Virus record (IMG/VR): IMGVR_UViG_3300042465_005589
Location: 124,001-188,000 of that record
Reading direction: 5' to 3' (one strand)
Length of the DNA stretch: 64,000 nt
Shown: positions 17,498-27,354 of the stretch, piece after piece
Position numbering within the stretch: position 1 is the first letter of the stretch
How the letters are laid out: each line of letters begins with the position of its first letter
Program-made: the position numbers and the translations under genes
The notes under the pieces: generated by a model
The model's input: only the letters and a program-made list of their open reading frames with translations
Database searches by the model: none
What the model was told of the DNA's origin: nothing

Positions 17498-17740
17498 TTA
17501 TTTAAGTTCTACATTAAATTTATTGGAGAACCATTTATGTAATTGAGGGTAGTATGTTCCGTCACCAAACCAACCATTTAAATCTGAATGAACCTCACCT
17601 GCAAATCCAACTTGTTTACTGATTTTATAATATATACAAACACCACCAATACTCATAGAATTTTCTAAATCACACATCTCTCTATCACCATAGGTAAGTT
17701 CCAAATATTTGATAATTAACTCTTCTTTTTTAGGATTCAC
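17498..17740 (-). CDS. member of the expanded paralog family (no leader)
   Basis: KEELIIKYLE...HKWFSNKFNVELK. Confidence 0.75.
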   Translation of the reverse strand: MNPKKEELIIKYLELTYGDREMCDLENSMSIGGVCIYYKISKQVGFAGEVHSDLNGWFGDGTYYPQLHKWFSNKFNVELK

Positions 17741-18011
17741 TCTTTAAAGTATTTGGTTGGATGGTAGCATCTTCAAAAGATTCTGTGGAAACAAACTCAC
17801 TTTTCATATATTCAATTACGTGTTCAAACATTTCATAATCTTTAAAATCACCTCGTTTGTGTCCAGCCTTCATTAATAATGACATACCCGCAGCCAACAT
17901 CATTGTTGTTTGCTTGACTGATAATAATTCTTGGTCTTTTGGGAATCCAATATCAAAATAGTTTCTCTTATCTTCTCGTCTCCAAGTTACTCCAACTGTT
18001 AAACTGTCCAT
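17730..18011 (-). CDS. hypothetical protein
   Basis: 93-aa ORF. Confidence 0.75.
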   Translation of the reverse strand: MDSLTVGVTWRREDKRNYFDIGFPKDQELLSVKQTTMMLAAGMSLLMKAGHKRGDFKDYEMFEHVIEYMKSEFVSTESFEDATIQPNTLKSES

Positions 18012-18016
18012 AATTT

Positions 18017-18442
18017 TTATATTTGAATTGGTAATAATCTCTCAGGTAAGTATTGTTCCGGACATACGATGGTAACGCTTTCAATATAATACGGATACTT
18101 CAATAAGTAATCCATTGACATTTTAGAAGTATCTCTATAATTCAAAACTATATACGGAGTGGTTACTTTATTATCAATTTTGATTCTAACCTTTTCAAAA
18201 TCAAATTGCATAAAACGATATTCCCCATTAACATCCCCCATAAGTTTTACAACTGTATTGGTTTCAGTATTTGAATTAACCGAACCGGCAATCAAAAAGA
18301 ACGAACCCGATGTATGGGTTTGTGTGATATCCCGGTTAACCAACTGTCTTAAATAAATTTTATCACTATGTAAATCTTTATATTCAATTGGTTGACACCC
18401 AATCATAAACAACACCACTAATAACCCTAATACTTTTTTCAT
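18017..18442 (-). CDS. putative lipoprotein
   Basis: Start MKKVLGLLVVLFMIGC (lipobox), downstream of the promoter at 18459. Confidence 0.75.
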   Translation of the reverse strand: MKKVLGLLVVLFMIGCQPIEYKDLHSDKIYLRQLVNRDITQTHTSGSFFLIAGSVNSNTETNTVVKLMGDVNGEYRFMQFDFEKVRIKIDNKVTTPYIVLNYRDTSKMSMDYLLKYPYYIESVTIVCPEQYLPERLLPIQI

Positions 18443-18511
18443 CTCTATTATTTTTTCACAAAGATACAAATAATATTTGAAACTATCCAAAAAAAATATT
18501 ATATTTGTTAT

Positions 18512-19918
18512 ATGAAAAATGCAATTAATTTATTAATGGAAAAGTGGATTAAAGGTGTGGATACATATACCCACAATGGTTCTACTTGGTTAATATTTAC
18601 CGATTCCAAAAAATGGGTAATTGAACTAACCGATTCTAAAACCCTATGGTATAACTACAACTTCTTCAAACAAATATTTGATTTCACTTCGTTGGATGTT
18701 GTGGAGAATCAATCATACATCACCAAATGGGTGGAAGATAATATTATCAATGGGGTAAACCATACCGGAGCACCTGATTGGAATAGAGATAAGGTTGCCA
18801 AATATGCAATTGAAAATGGTGTGAAGAACACCAAACAATCACATATAGATAACCGAATCCAAGAACGTGTTGAAGGTACCATTGAAAATGGGGTAAAGAA
18901 AACCAATTATAAATCTCTAGTGACAAGAGGTAATATTGAAGACATCATTGATGGCGGGGTTAAGGAAACTATTAGTACACTACGACGTACTCTTCTTGGG
19001 GTTGACGATATCATTCAAAATGGAATAAAAGAAACCCGTTTGGAAATGAACATTACTGAAGGAGAAGTTGATGACATCATTCAAGATGGGGTGAAACACA
19101 CCTTTGGTGATAAGTGGCATAAGCATAATTTTGTTGAAGACATAATTCAAAATGGTGTAAGAGATACACAGAGTAACCCGTATGAAAATACAAGTTGGAT
19201 TGAAGGTGTTATTAAAAAAGGTGTAAAACTTACCGGACGCATTCATAAAGATTATACTGAAGTTGTTGAATACCTTATTGAAAATGGTGTGAGGAAAACC
19301 TATCACGACACAGATAACTATACTGACGATGTGAAAGAAGTCATTAGAGAAGGTGTGAAAGAAACAAAGGAGATGTTGGATTGGGTTTGTACCGACCGAA
19401 TGTTATCTAATGTTCTTGAAAATGGTGTGAGAACTTCCCACCCACGTGCATATGTAGATGAAAAAATGATTGATAAGGTGATTGATAAGGGTGTAATAGA
19501 AACCCACGATGATGTATATCACCACAAAGGAAGAATTGATGGTGTGATTAAGAATGGTATTAAAGAAACGTTGAAAGCATCATATCTTAATGTTGATGAT
19601 GTAATTCAAGATGGTGTTAAAGAAACAAAAACACCCGGTGATTGTGACCTTGTATCAACCATTGAATGGATGAATGAAAATAATACCAGTAATGTTCCCA
19701 TAATGATTGATGATGTTATTGAGAATGGTGTTAAAGAAACTGTGGCAGCCGGATGTGTTGACAAAAAGACGGGTATTTTTCATTATCGGATTCAAGAACA
19801 AGTTGATGATGTTGTTGACAATGGTGAAAAAGTTAACGGAACTTACGCTGGCGGTCAACGTCAAAGTGAAAAATGTAAATCCGTTGTTGAATATGGAACA
19901 AAAAACCCCACCGATTAG
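18512..19918 (+). CDS. repeat-spacer protein: family domain followed by 17 units of VxxxIxNGVKET + ~10 variable residues
   Basis: 10 of 16 linkers are exactly 10 aa and all differ; own promoter (18500) and terminator (19900). Confidence 0.9.
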   Translation: MKNAINLLMEKWIKGVDTYTHNGSTWLIFTDSKKWVIELTDSKTLWYNYNFFKQIFDFTSLDVVENQSYITKWVEDNIINGVNHTGAPDWNRDKVAKYAIENGVKNTKQSHIDNRIQERVEGTIENGVKKTNYKSLVTRGNIEDIIDGGVKETISTLRRTLLGVDDIIQNGIKETRLEMNITEGEVDDIIQDGVKHTFGDKWHKHNFVEDIIQNGVRDTQSNPYENTSWIEGVIKKGVKLTGRIHKDYTEVVEYLIENGVRKTYHDTDNYTDDVKEVIREGVKETKEMLDWVCTDRMLSNVLENGVRTSHPRAYVDEKMIDKVIDKGVIETHDDVYHHKGRIDGVIKNGIKETLKASYLNVDDVIQDGVKETKTPGDCDLVSTIEWMNENNTSNVPIMIDDVIENGVKETVAAGCVDKKTGIFHYRIQEQVDDVVDNGEKVNGTYAGGQRQSEKCKSVVEYGTKNPTD

Positions 19919-19929
19919 GATGGGGTTTT
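19900..19929. terminator. bidirectional intrinsic terminator containing the stop codon of the 468-aa gene
   Basis: AAAAAACCCCA-CCGATTAGGA-TGGGGTTTT. Confidence 0.75.
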
Positions 19930-19932
19930 AAA

Positions 19933-20391
19933 TTATATTTCTTCTCCGAAAATATCATCGGTCCAATTCTCGGGAATCATTACAATAATATATCCTTGTC
20001 TAACTTCAATTAATGATTCCGGAACCACACCATTAAGTTGTTCCATTATTTCAGGTCGTTCTTTAAAAACAACTCTCAACTTACCATCAGGAGCAGTATC
20101 AACAACTTTGTGGTTAAACCCATCCATAATTTCCTTGAATTTATCAAGTCCTCCGAAATCTTCAGATTCTTCAGAATCAATATCCAATTCACCACCCAAA
20201 AATCTTTCAGGTACATTACTCTCACCACCACTCTTTAAATATTTAATTTCTTCATCAGTCATACCCTCAAGTCCAACCTCATTATATAAATCTAAAATAA
20301 TATCGTAGTAGTCATAATCAAATTGTTCATCCAAAAGTTTTAACACAATTTTTTTTAAATCCGATTCCGTTAATTTTATAATCTTTTTCAT
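19933..20391 (-). CDS. leader-bearing acidic protein
   Basis: MKKIIKLTESDLKKIVLKLLDEQ. Confidence 0.8.
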   Translation of the reverse strand: MKKIIKLTESDLKKIVLKLLDEQFDYDYYDIILDLYNEVGLEGMTDEEIKYLKSGGESNVPERFLGGELDIDSEESEDFGGLDKFKEIMDGFNHKVVDTAPDGKLRVVFKERPEIMEQLNGVVPESLIEVRQGYIIVMIPENWTDDIFGEEI

Positions 20392-20463
20392 ATCAATAAA
20401 TATGCAAAAAAAATATTAAAAACAAAGGGGCGTTAATTTTAAATCTATTAAGTATTTATAGAT

Positions 20464-22050
20464 ATGTCAAATATCATAAAATATAATTTAAGTACATCAC
20501 CAAATTCAATACAATCAGGTAATTTTAATGTTGCTGTTAATAATACTCCAACAAATTTAACCGGATTTTATAACGGAATTTCCCCAATAAATGGGGGTTA
20601 CACCATTTACATTAATAAAGAGTCTAATGGACCATCCATTTACGTCCCACAAAATGATAGTGATTTAATTCAAATAGTTAAACAATTGGGGGGTAATGTT
20701 TCAACTGCAGCGGAAGCTTTGGTTTGGATTAATTCTCAAAGTAATATGACGGTTCTAAATAATAATTACCCCTCAATTGTAACCAGTGGACTTGTATTAA
20801 ATGTAGATGCAGGATTTGTATCTTCATACCCAAAAACCGGAACAACTTGGAAAGATTTGAGCGGTGGTGGAAATAACGGTACTTTAGTTAATGGACCAAC
20901 TTATAGTAGTGGGAGTATAGTTTTTGATGGCGCGGATGATAGAGTTCAGACAACATATTCTCCAAATTTTGGGGATTTTACAGTTTGTCTTATTTTTAAA
21001 GATAATGGTTCAAATGCTTGGGGGAGATTAGTAGATAAATTATATACTACAGGTTTTTTCATTTCAAGCTATTTTGCATCATCAGGCGCTAATTACGTAG
21101 GCGCCGGAATAATAGAGCCTAATTATCCTTACGGAATAGCACTTCCTTATGAATCAGGAAAGTATCACTATTTCGCCTCAGTTAGAAACGGAACAACTCA
21201 TACAATCTACCTAGATGGTATTACCCAAACCACAAGCAAAACAGTATCTTCTAATCTTCTAGATAGTACTTCTATCGCCTTTGGGGATTGGAGCGGGGGG
21301 GTAAGTCAACCTTTTAAAGGTGATTTACCATATGTTCAAATTTACAACAGAGCACTCTCAGCCGCTGAGGTTCTACAAAACTATTACGCAGGACTACAAA
21401 GATTTATACCAACAGACGGATTAGTACTTTCATTAGATGCTCAAAATACAAATTTATATGCAATCTCTCCAACCACAGCATACGATGTGAGTGGGAATAA
21501 TATAAATGGTACATTAACAAATGGTGTTCAATATGTTGGTGATGGAAATGGTTCATGGAGATTTGACGGGGTTGATGATGTGATAACATTAGGTTATCAA
21601 CCATTATTAAATAATACTGATATAACACAGGAAGCTTGGGTTAATGGAAATTCTTTTACGAGTTGGCACGGAATTATTTCAAACATGCCTTCTTGGGGGA
21701 CAGGGTTTAGTTTACAAATTGGTATAATACAAAATATTGCGGCAATGGTTAGTGGGACTTATTTGAAAACTTCTTGGGCGCCCTCTGTAAATGTTTGGTA
21801 TCACATTGTGGCAACACATAGAAGTAGTGATAATTTCACTGCATTATATGTTAATGGTGTTTTAGAAAATACAACAACGCAAGCGGTAACTTATTCTGAA
21901 AATGCGATAACAACAATAGGGGTTTTTTATACTTCAGGGTCATTACCATTTAATGGTGAGATTGGGTCTGTTAAAACATACAACAGAGCATTAACGGCAA
22001 CAGAAGTAACAACAATATATAACGCAACTAAATCAAGATACGGATTATAA
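20464..22050 (+). CDS. tandem LamG/concanavalin A-like domain protein (virion/tail-associated)
   Basis: Two VTSGLVLNVDAG...WKDLSG.GNNGTLVNG...FDGADD...YNRALSAAEV units. Confidence 0.85.
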   Translation: MSNIIKYNLSTSPNSIQSGNFNVAVNNTPTNLTGFYNGISPINGGYTIYINKESNGPSIYVPQNDSDLIQIVKQLGGNVSTAAEALVWINSQSNMTVLNNNYPSIVTSGLVLNVDAGFVSSYPKTGTTWKDLSGGGNNGTLVNGPTYSSGSIVFDGADDRVQTTYSPNFGDFTVCLIFKDNGSNAWGRLVDKLYTTGFFISSYFASSGANYVGAGIIEPNYPYGIALPYESGKYHYFASVRNGTTHTIYLDGITQTTSKTVSSNLLDSTSIAFGDWSGGVSQPFKGDLPYVQIYNRALSAAEVLQNYYAGLQRFIPTDGLVLSLDAQNTNLYAISPTTAYDVSGNNINGTLTNGVQYVGDGNGSWRFDGVDDVITLGYQPLLNNTDITQEAWVNGNSFTSWHGIISNMPSWGTGFSLQIGIIQNIAAMVSGTYLKTSWAPSVNVWYHIVATHRSSDNFTALYVNGVLENTTTQAVTYSENAITTIGVFYTSGSLPFNGEIGSVKTYNRALTATEVTTIYNATKSRYGL

Positions 22051-22316
22051 TGGAAATACAAGAATACGACAACAGAGAATTTATGATTTTTAATGTTAAT
22101 GAATTATCTAACATTAATTTTGAAGAGGTTTTAGAAACCTCAATTGACACGGTTAGAAAATCGGTTGACCTAACAAAAACATTTGTTAAATGGGATGGTG
22201 TGATGCCAATATGTGTGTCAGATTTAACGACAAAAGAAGGTCCTTATACATATGATGAGATATTACAAATTCTATCAACACCTGAATGGACTATGCCAAT
22301 GCCGGATATGTTATAA
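22050..22316 (+). CDS. small companion of the LamG protein (possible fibre assembly partner)
   Basis: Coupled to the LamG gene; VRKSVD.TKTFVKW...YTYDEILQILSTPEWT. Confidence 0.65.
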   Translation: MEIQEYDNREFMIFNVNELSNINFEEVLETSIDTVRKSVDLTKTFVKWDGVMPICVSDLTTKEGPYTYDEILQILSTPEWTMPMPDML

Positions 22317-22322
22317 TTTATA

Positions 22323-22640
22323 TTACACACATTCCTTATCGTAAATACCTTGTAGATAATCGGCAAAATTATCTACCATAAAATAATACAAAGTATCTTT
22401 GGTTTTAGAATCAATCTTTCCGCCGTTTTCATAATAGTAATCATCAATTAAATCCAATACCAGCATATCACACATTTCACCAATAAAATCACCCAAACTT
22501 CCATAATCACAAGGATTATAATTCTGTATAACAAAATCTAAATGACCTTTAATTTCGTCATAATTAAACCTTCTACGAAGTGATGCCGGGATATTCTCCA
22601 TTAACAAGTTATGCTGTCTTTCAGTGATTATAATTTTCAT
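22323..22640 (-). CDS. leader-bearing protein (PCDY subfamily)
   Basis: MKIIITERQH...LRRR...NPCDY; similar to the N-terminal module of 16618-17457. Confidence 0.8.
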   Translation of the reverse strand: MKIIITERQHNLLMENIPASLRRRFNYDEIKGHLDFVIQNYNPCDYGSLGDFIGEMCDMLVLDLIDDYYYENGGKIDSKTKDTLYYFMVDNFADYLQGIYDKECV

Positions 22641-22999
22641 TCCTCAACAAATTCCTCAATTAATTTATTCAAACTTATTCCCAACATATCAAGACCAAGT
22701 ATTTTTAAAAAATTATTTTCGCTAATTTTACGATTGTGAGATTCACTTAAAACTAAGGTACCATATTCTTTACCTTGAGGGTGAAGATAATAATTATTTC
22801 CATTAACCTTAAACAAATACATTGGACCATAATTATTAAGTAACCACCTAAACTCATCTCTACCATCAGTAAACAAGTTTTGACCTTTAGGACCTAATTC
22901 AATCCAATTTGTAATTATTTCAATATTGTCGGATAAGTTATAACCCAATATATTATTGATTAACCCTTTTAATCTGTTTTCTGTTATTATTATTTTCAT
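22637..22999 (-). CDS. leader-bearing protein, paralog of 27999-28373
   Basis: MKIIITENRL...NNILGYNLSDNIEIITN...LLNNYGPMYL. Confidence 0.8.
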   Translation of the reverse strand: MKIIITENRLKGLINNILGYNLSDNIEIITNWIELGPKGQNLFTDGRDEFRWLLNNYGPMYLFKVNGNNYYLHPQGKEYGTLVLSESHNRKISENNFLKILGLDMLGISLNKLIEEFVEE

Positions 23000-23340
23000 A
23001 ATTCTTCCTCCACTCTTTTCCACCACCAGGGGTTATCGTCTCTCGCCGAAACATTATTTGAATGTAAACCATATTCCTCCAATAACCATTTTTTTAATAT
23101 TGTTTGAACATCAGAAAAATCTAATCCAAATATTTTGGTTAACCCACTCCATATATTAAACACATCAACATACACATTAGTGTTTGTTAAATGATAGTCA
23201 ATCATTACCTTACCGTCTTTAACATAGAAAAGACGAGTTGGGTTGGATTCGCTTGTAACCGAAGGTAACCCTCCAAATTTATCGGTCAACCATTTTAGGA
23301 CCAATCTATGTAATCTATCTTCAGTAATTATCATTCTCAT
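22996..23340 (-). CDS. leader-bearing family domain with a single spacer-like tail
   Basis: Ends KKWLLEEYGLHSNNV-SARDDNPWWWKR-VEEEL. Confidence 0.8.
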   Translation of the reverse strand: MRMIITEDRLHRLVLKWLTDKFGGLPSVTSESNPTRLFYVKDGKVMIDYHLTNTNVYVDVFNIWSGLTKIFGLDFSDVQTILKKWLLEEYGLHSNNVSARDDNPWWWKRVEEEL

Positions 23341-23341
23341 A

Positions 23342-23659
23342 TTAATTTAATCTTCTAGTAAAAAAAGTTGATTTTAATGCTGACGGTTCATTAAATTTAA
23401 TTGAAACATATTCTTTACAGATATCCACCAAATCAGGTATAGACATCCCTAACATATTTTTAGCGGTATAAAAATCATCGTAGTCAAATCGTATTGATTC
23501 TTGTTTGGTATCATATTCAAAAGCGGTACGACCATTATCATCCATATATTCATATAGAACGTGAGGATACCCCATACGTATCGGTCGTCTCCCGTGTTTC
23601 TCATAACCCCTAAAGGTCATATCAAAATATTTAAAGATGAGTTCTTTCTTTCTGTTCAT
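23342..23659 (-). CDS. member of the expanded paralog family
   Basis: KKELIFKYFD...YMDDNGRTAFEYD. Confidence 0.75.
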   Translation of the reverse strand: MNRKKELIFKYFDMTFRGYEKHGRRPIRMGYPHVLYEYMDDNGRTAFEYDTKQESIRFDYDDFYTAKNMLGMSIPDLVDICKEYVSIKFNEPSALKSTFFTRRLN

Positions 23660-23670
23660 AATTAACTACT

Positions 23671-24075
23671 CTAATTTAATCCGGAACAACGTCCACCTTT
23701 ACACGGGGACTTAGGACCATTATCTCCAGCCCAAAAAGTTCTTTCTCCTTTAGGTTCAGGATTTTCAGCAGCGTTCTTTTTTGTTCTATCATCAAATTCT
23801 TTATACCATTGGTCAAAAGTTTGTCCGGGTTTTTTATACTTTTCGTAAGATTTTGTCCAAACAAGTTTATTTCGTTCTTTCTTTAAAGAATCTTTAATAG
23901 CAAATGCTTTAGCCCGTTCTTGACGTAGAGCCTCCGCTTTTTCTTTATTAAGTTCAATTTGTTTTAATCTTTGTTGTTGAGGTGTTAAAACGGTAGTTGT
24001 CCCCCCACTAGTTACCGGAGGAGTGGTTTGTTCAATCAAAAAATTATACTGTGATTCTGTAATTAATATCTTCAT
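23671..24075 (-). CDS. leader-bearing hypothetical protein
   Basis: MKILITESQYNFLIEQ. Confidence 0.8.
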   Translation of the reverse strand: MKILITESQYNFLIEQTTPPVTSGGTTTVLTPQQQRLKQIELNKEKAEALRQERAKAFAIKDSLKKERNKLVWTKSYEKYKKPGQTFDQWYKEFDDRTKKNAAENPEPKGERTFWAGDNGPKSPCKGGRCSGLN

Positions 24076-24118
24076 ACAAATAAATATCCCCCAACACCGA
24101 AATAAAAGGGGGGTTAAA

Positions 24119-25156
24119 TTAATCTACGTTAGTTATTTCGGTGGGGTGCTCTGTAAATACAGCAGAATTAAAACTGTGGGTATAATTTTTATTATCAAAT
24201 TCCAACATTTTATTTGGATTAACAAATAATATTTTATCAACCAATGATTTTCCCTTATAATCTCTCATACCATAAGTTTTAATGAAAAAAGGACCTTCTT
24301 TTTTACCGGCATACGAGACCAATGGTTTAATTTGATAGTTTATACCATCAATAGTAGCATCAACCCCTTCATATCTATCCATTATAGAACCCGATGGATA
24401 AAATGTAGTATTACTACCTTTTTTTAATATTTTAGCCAATTCTTCACTTTTATATCCATTCTCAATGGATTGCCATTGACGTTCAACTAAAGGTTCAATA
24501 AAAGATGGATTATCTCTAAGTTCATTAGCCAACCAATTAACAATATCCAAATCACTGTCCGATTTAGAGTATCTTTTGTTTATCAGTTCCTGAATTTCTT
24601 TTTTGGTATCAAAATAATTTAAAATAGACCAATCATCTTCATTACCCAATTTTTCACCAATGGTATAGACACCTCTCACACCAGCAGAAAATATGTTATC
24701 TTGATAGTTCCATTTACCCGGACCATCATTATCCGGTGGGAACGCCAATTCCAAAGCCTTACGAATTTGATAAGATGTTATCTCCTGTTTAATATTGGTT
24801 TTAGAATCATCAAGTAAATTGAATAATATGTTATAGTATTTCCTATCCTTATAATATAATTCATCACTAAAAATAAATGGAACTCCTCCCTTATATCTAA
24901 TATCATTTTTATCCAATTCAAATACCCCGTTAGGACCTCTAAAGATTACAAATTGAGGTTCGTTTGGTTTTTTATAATCCGATTTTCCAAATTCAGTACC
25001 ATTAAAAAATGCAATAAATTTTTTAGGGTATTTTTTATCAGGAACAACACCGATTGATTTATACTCATATTCAGGATTCTCATCCGAATAATCAAACGCA
25101 CGATTAACCTCACTAACTAATACTTTATATTGTCGTTCTTTTATTAATATATTCAT
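24119..25156 (-). CDS. leader-bearing protein, possible PD-(D/E)xK-like C-terminus
   Basis: MNILIKERQY; MDRYEGVDATIDGINYQIKP. Confidence 0.7.
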   Translation of the reverse strand: MNILIKERQYKVLVSEVNRAFDYSDENPEYEYKSIGVVPDKKYPKKFIAFFNGTEFGKSDYKKPNEPQFVIFRGPNGVFELDKNDIRYKGGVPFIFSDELYYKDRKYYNILFNLLDDSKTNIKQEITSYQIRKALELAFPPDNDGPGKWNYQDNIFSAGVRGVYTIGEKLGNEDDWSILNYFDTKKEIQELINKRYSKSDSDLDIVNWLANELRDNPSFIEPLVERQWQSIENGYKSEELAKILKKGSNTTFYPSGSIMDRYEGVDATIDGINYQIKPLVSYAGKKEGPFFIKTYGMRDYKGKSLVDKILFVNPNKMLEFDNKNYTHSFNSAVFTEHPTEITNVD

Positions 25157-25177
25157 AATAATAAATATCTATGTTTT

Positions 25178-25218
25178 CAAAAAAAGGGGCGGGGGGATTT
25201 TAATTCGACCGGAGGAAG
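25178..25218 (+). repeat. G-rich dispersed intergenic repeat, copy 1 (diverged)
   Basis: CAAAAAAAGGGGCGGGGGGATTTTAATTCGACCGGAGGAAG. Confidence 0.8.
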
Positions 25219-25367
25219 ATTGGGTGGGGAATAACGTTACCACCAACCTTTAAATTTTCCATTTAAGAAAACTGTACCCACAATGGGTATTAATATTCGT
25301 AGAACTAATAGACCCAAACATATAAAACCTATGGTCTCCAAAAAATTATATTTCCAAATTATCTCCA

Positions 25368-26174
25368 TTACTTATTTAAATATTCTTTATACTCTTTCTC
25401 TAACACTTCTCTACTATCCGTTAAATAATCATTTTTAGATAACCAATCAAATAACCACCTTGTTTGGTAATGAAATACATTATTATAAACTTTCTCTTCT
25501 CTAATTCTAAATCTCTCATTACTCTCCTCAACAAACTTACTTGGTTCCTTAGATACAATCTTTTCCAACTTCTCACTAAGGGTTTCTACTTTACCAAAAT
25601 ATTTCTTTGGAACCATAAGTGGTCTAACTATTTCGTCCTTAACCTCAATACCCACCTTAGTTATGTACCCATAATCAACTCCAGTACAGTCATTACAATT
25701 TTCACACTGAAAACTACATTGTTCTCCGTAGTCAACCTCATCACCACAATAGAAATTCTTTATTGGAAGAATGATTTTGTAAAATGAAGATTCATAAAAT
25801 TCCATTGCCCCATCATAATGACCTCCTGTTCTATATATCTCAACTTCCTCACATCTTTGATTCTTCACAAACCACTTAAGGAACTCATCACTAATTTCCT
25901 GAACACCATCTTTTTGAAGGTCTAAGTCTGTTGTTAATATCACTTTGTTTTTAAAATTACCTTCATCTCTTGGTCTTGCTTGAAACACACTTCCTTCATA
26001 TACATAATAGTCTTTATCATATACGCCTTCTTCATCATTAGTGATGTACAAATTATGTGTAGATTTAATGTCTGTATGATACTTTGGAAACTCACATAGT
26101 TGATATGTTCTTTCTTGGCTATTGTAATATAGCCTACTTGTGTGTTCCGTTGGTAATACGTGTATGTTTTTCAT
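25368..26174 (-). CDS. hypothetical protein, MKNIH.LPT family, paralog of the next gene
   Basis: Start MKNIHVLPT; KVILTTD.DL.KDGVQ.I.DEFL.WFVKN. Confidence 0.8.
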   Translation of the reverse strand: MKNIHVLPTEHTSRLYYNSQERTYQLCEFPKYHTDIKSTHNLYITNDEEGVYDKDYYVYEGSVFQARPRDEGNFKNKVILTTDLDLQKDGVQEISDEFLKWFVKNQRCEEVEIYRTGGHYDGAMEFYESSFYKIILPIKNFYCGDEVDYGEQCSFQCENCNDCTGVDYGYITKVGIEVKDEIVRPLMVPKKYFGKVETLSEKLEKIVSKEPSKFVEESNERFRIREEKVYNNVFHYQTRWLFDWLSKNDYLTDSREVLEKEYKEYLNK

Positions 26175-26710
26175 TTTATTTCTTTTTAAATTGTTCAAAC
26201 CATCCTAATTTAACAGTATCTTTATGTTTTTGTTCAAAGTAAGTACAGTGCTTTTCAACTATCTCATTAATCATCACTATAACTTCTTCCTCACTATAAC
26301 TTCTTTTTTGTTGCCATTTAGCACCAAATTTCATAGCTCCTAATACAAATCCTTTAGTAAGTTGTCCACAAAAATTAGTTTCCATAAATTTTTCAAAAGC
26401 TTCTTCAAGTGTTTCTTTAGATTCTTGTTTTGGTTCATCAGCAAAGTACATTCTTCTAATATGATATTTCCCAAATGTATATTTTCCGTTTATAAAATCT
26501 CCTTCTACTATTTCAACTTCCTCACAACTTGGATTCTTTACAAAAAATTGTAAAAACTCATCATCAATCTTTTGCACACCATCTTTGATTAAGTCTTGGT
26601 CTGTTGTTAATATCACTTTGTTTTTAAAATTACCTTCATCTCTTGGTCTTGCTTGAAACACACTTCCTTCATATAGATAATAGTCTTTATCATATATACC
26701 TTCTTCATCA
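25926..26710 (+). repeat. 112-nt near-identical patch shared by two paralogs (25926-26037 and 26599-26710)
   Basis: 3 differences in 112 nt; flanks are diverged. Confidence 0.9.
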
Positions 26711-26856
26711 GATGTTATATACACATACTCGTGGGAACACTTGGTACATTCGTTACTATTGGAATGGGATAAATTATCAAACCTCAATTTATTGGAATCC
26801 AAATCTCTCCACAATCTACTCTCCTTATCGGTGGGAATTAAAAATATGTTTTTCAT
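26176..26856 (-). CDS. hypothetical protein, MKNIF.IPT family with ETLEEA motif
   Basis: Paralog of 25368-26174; promoter at 26871. Confidence 0.8.
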   Translation of the reverse strand: MKNIFLIPTDKESRLWRDLDSNKLRFDNLSHSNSNECTKCSHEYVYITSDEEGIYDKDYYLYEGSVFQARPRDEGNFKNKVILTTDQDLIKDGVQKIDDEFLQFFVKNPSCEEVEIVEGDFINGKYTFGKYHIRRMYFADEPKQESKETLEEAFEKFMETNFCGQLTKGFVLGAMKFGAKWQQKRSYSEEEVIVMINEIVEKHCTYFEQKHKDTVKLGWFEQFKKK

Positions 26857-26881
26857 AAATTATTTTTTTACAAAGATAACA

Positions 26882-27346
26882 TTATTTTCCAAACAATTCA
26901 AAAAATTTATCCTTATTTGTTTTCTCGGGTGGAAAAATAAATGATTGAACGTGAAAGGTTATATAATCCATATCACTATAGGTCATCTTAAAATAATCAT
27001 CAATCTCCTTACCGTATTCATTCTTACTTTTCTTCATACCATTATGATTATTAAAATAGATATCAATACCAACCAAATACTTATATATCGGATTAAATGT
27101 CATAGGGTCATACACAGTTTGTTCTCTATAACCAACTGAAACAACATCGTTAATCTCGGGACATAACTTCAAGATAACATCCTTGAATGTTTCGGGGATT
27201 GAAATCACCTTATTATCAGGAGACCCGTTGAGGTCAGGTTCAACACCTTTTTGTAATTCTCGTATAGGTTCATAATAATCCCGATAACATCCAGCAGGTC
27301 CGGTATCTATAATCCTATATGCCCCGTTTTCGTCTTCGTTTTCCAT
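26882..27346 (-). CDS. hypothetical protein
   Basis: Likely start MENEDENG. Confidence 0.75.
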   Translation of the reverse strand: MENEDENGAYRIIDTGPAGCYRDYYEPIRELQKGVEPDLNGSPDNKVISIPETFKDVILKLCPEINDVVSVGYREQTVYDPMTFNPIYKYLVGIDIYFNNHNGMKKSKNEYGKEIDDYFKMTYSDMDYITFHVQSFIFPPEKTNKDKFFELFGK

Positions 27347-27354
27347 AATAACAA

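Noticed and set aside
18709-19931. Antisense and alternate-frame ORFs over the 468-aa repeat gene
   Set aside because: These are shadows of the repetitive coding strand with no independent start signals.
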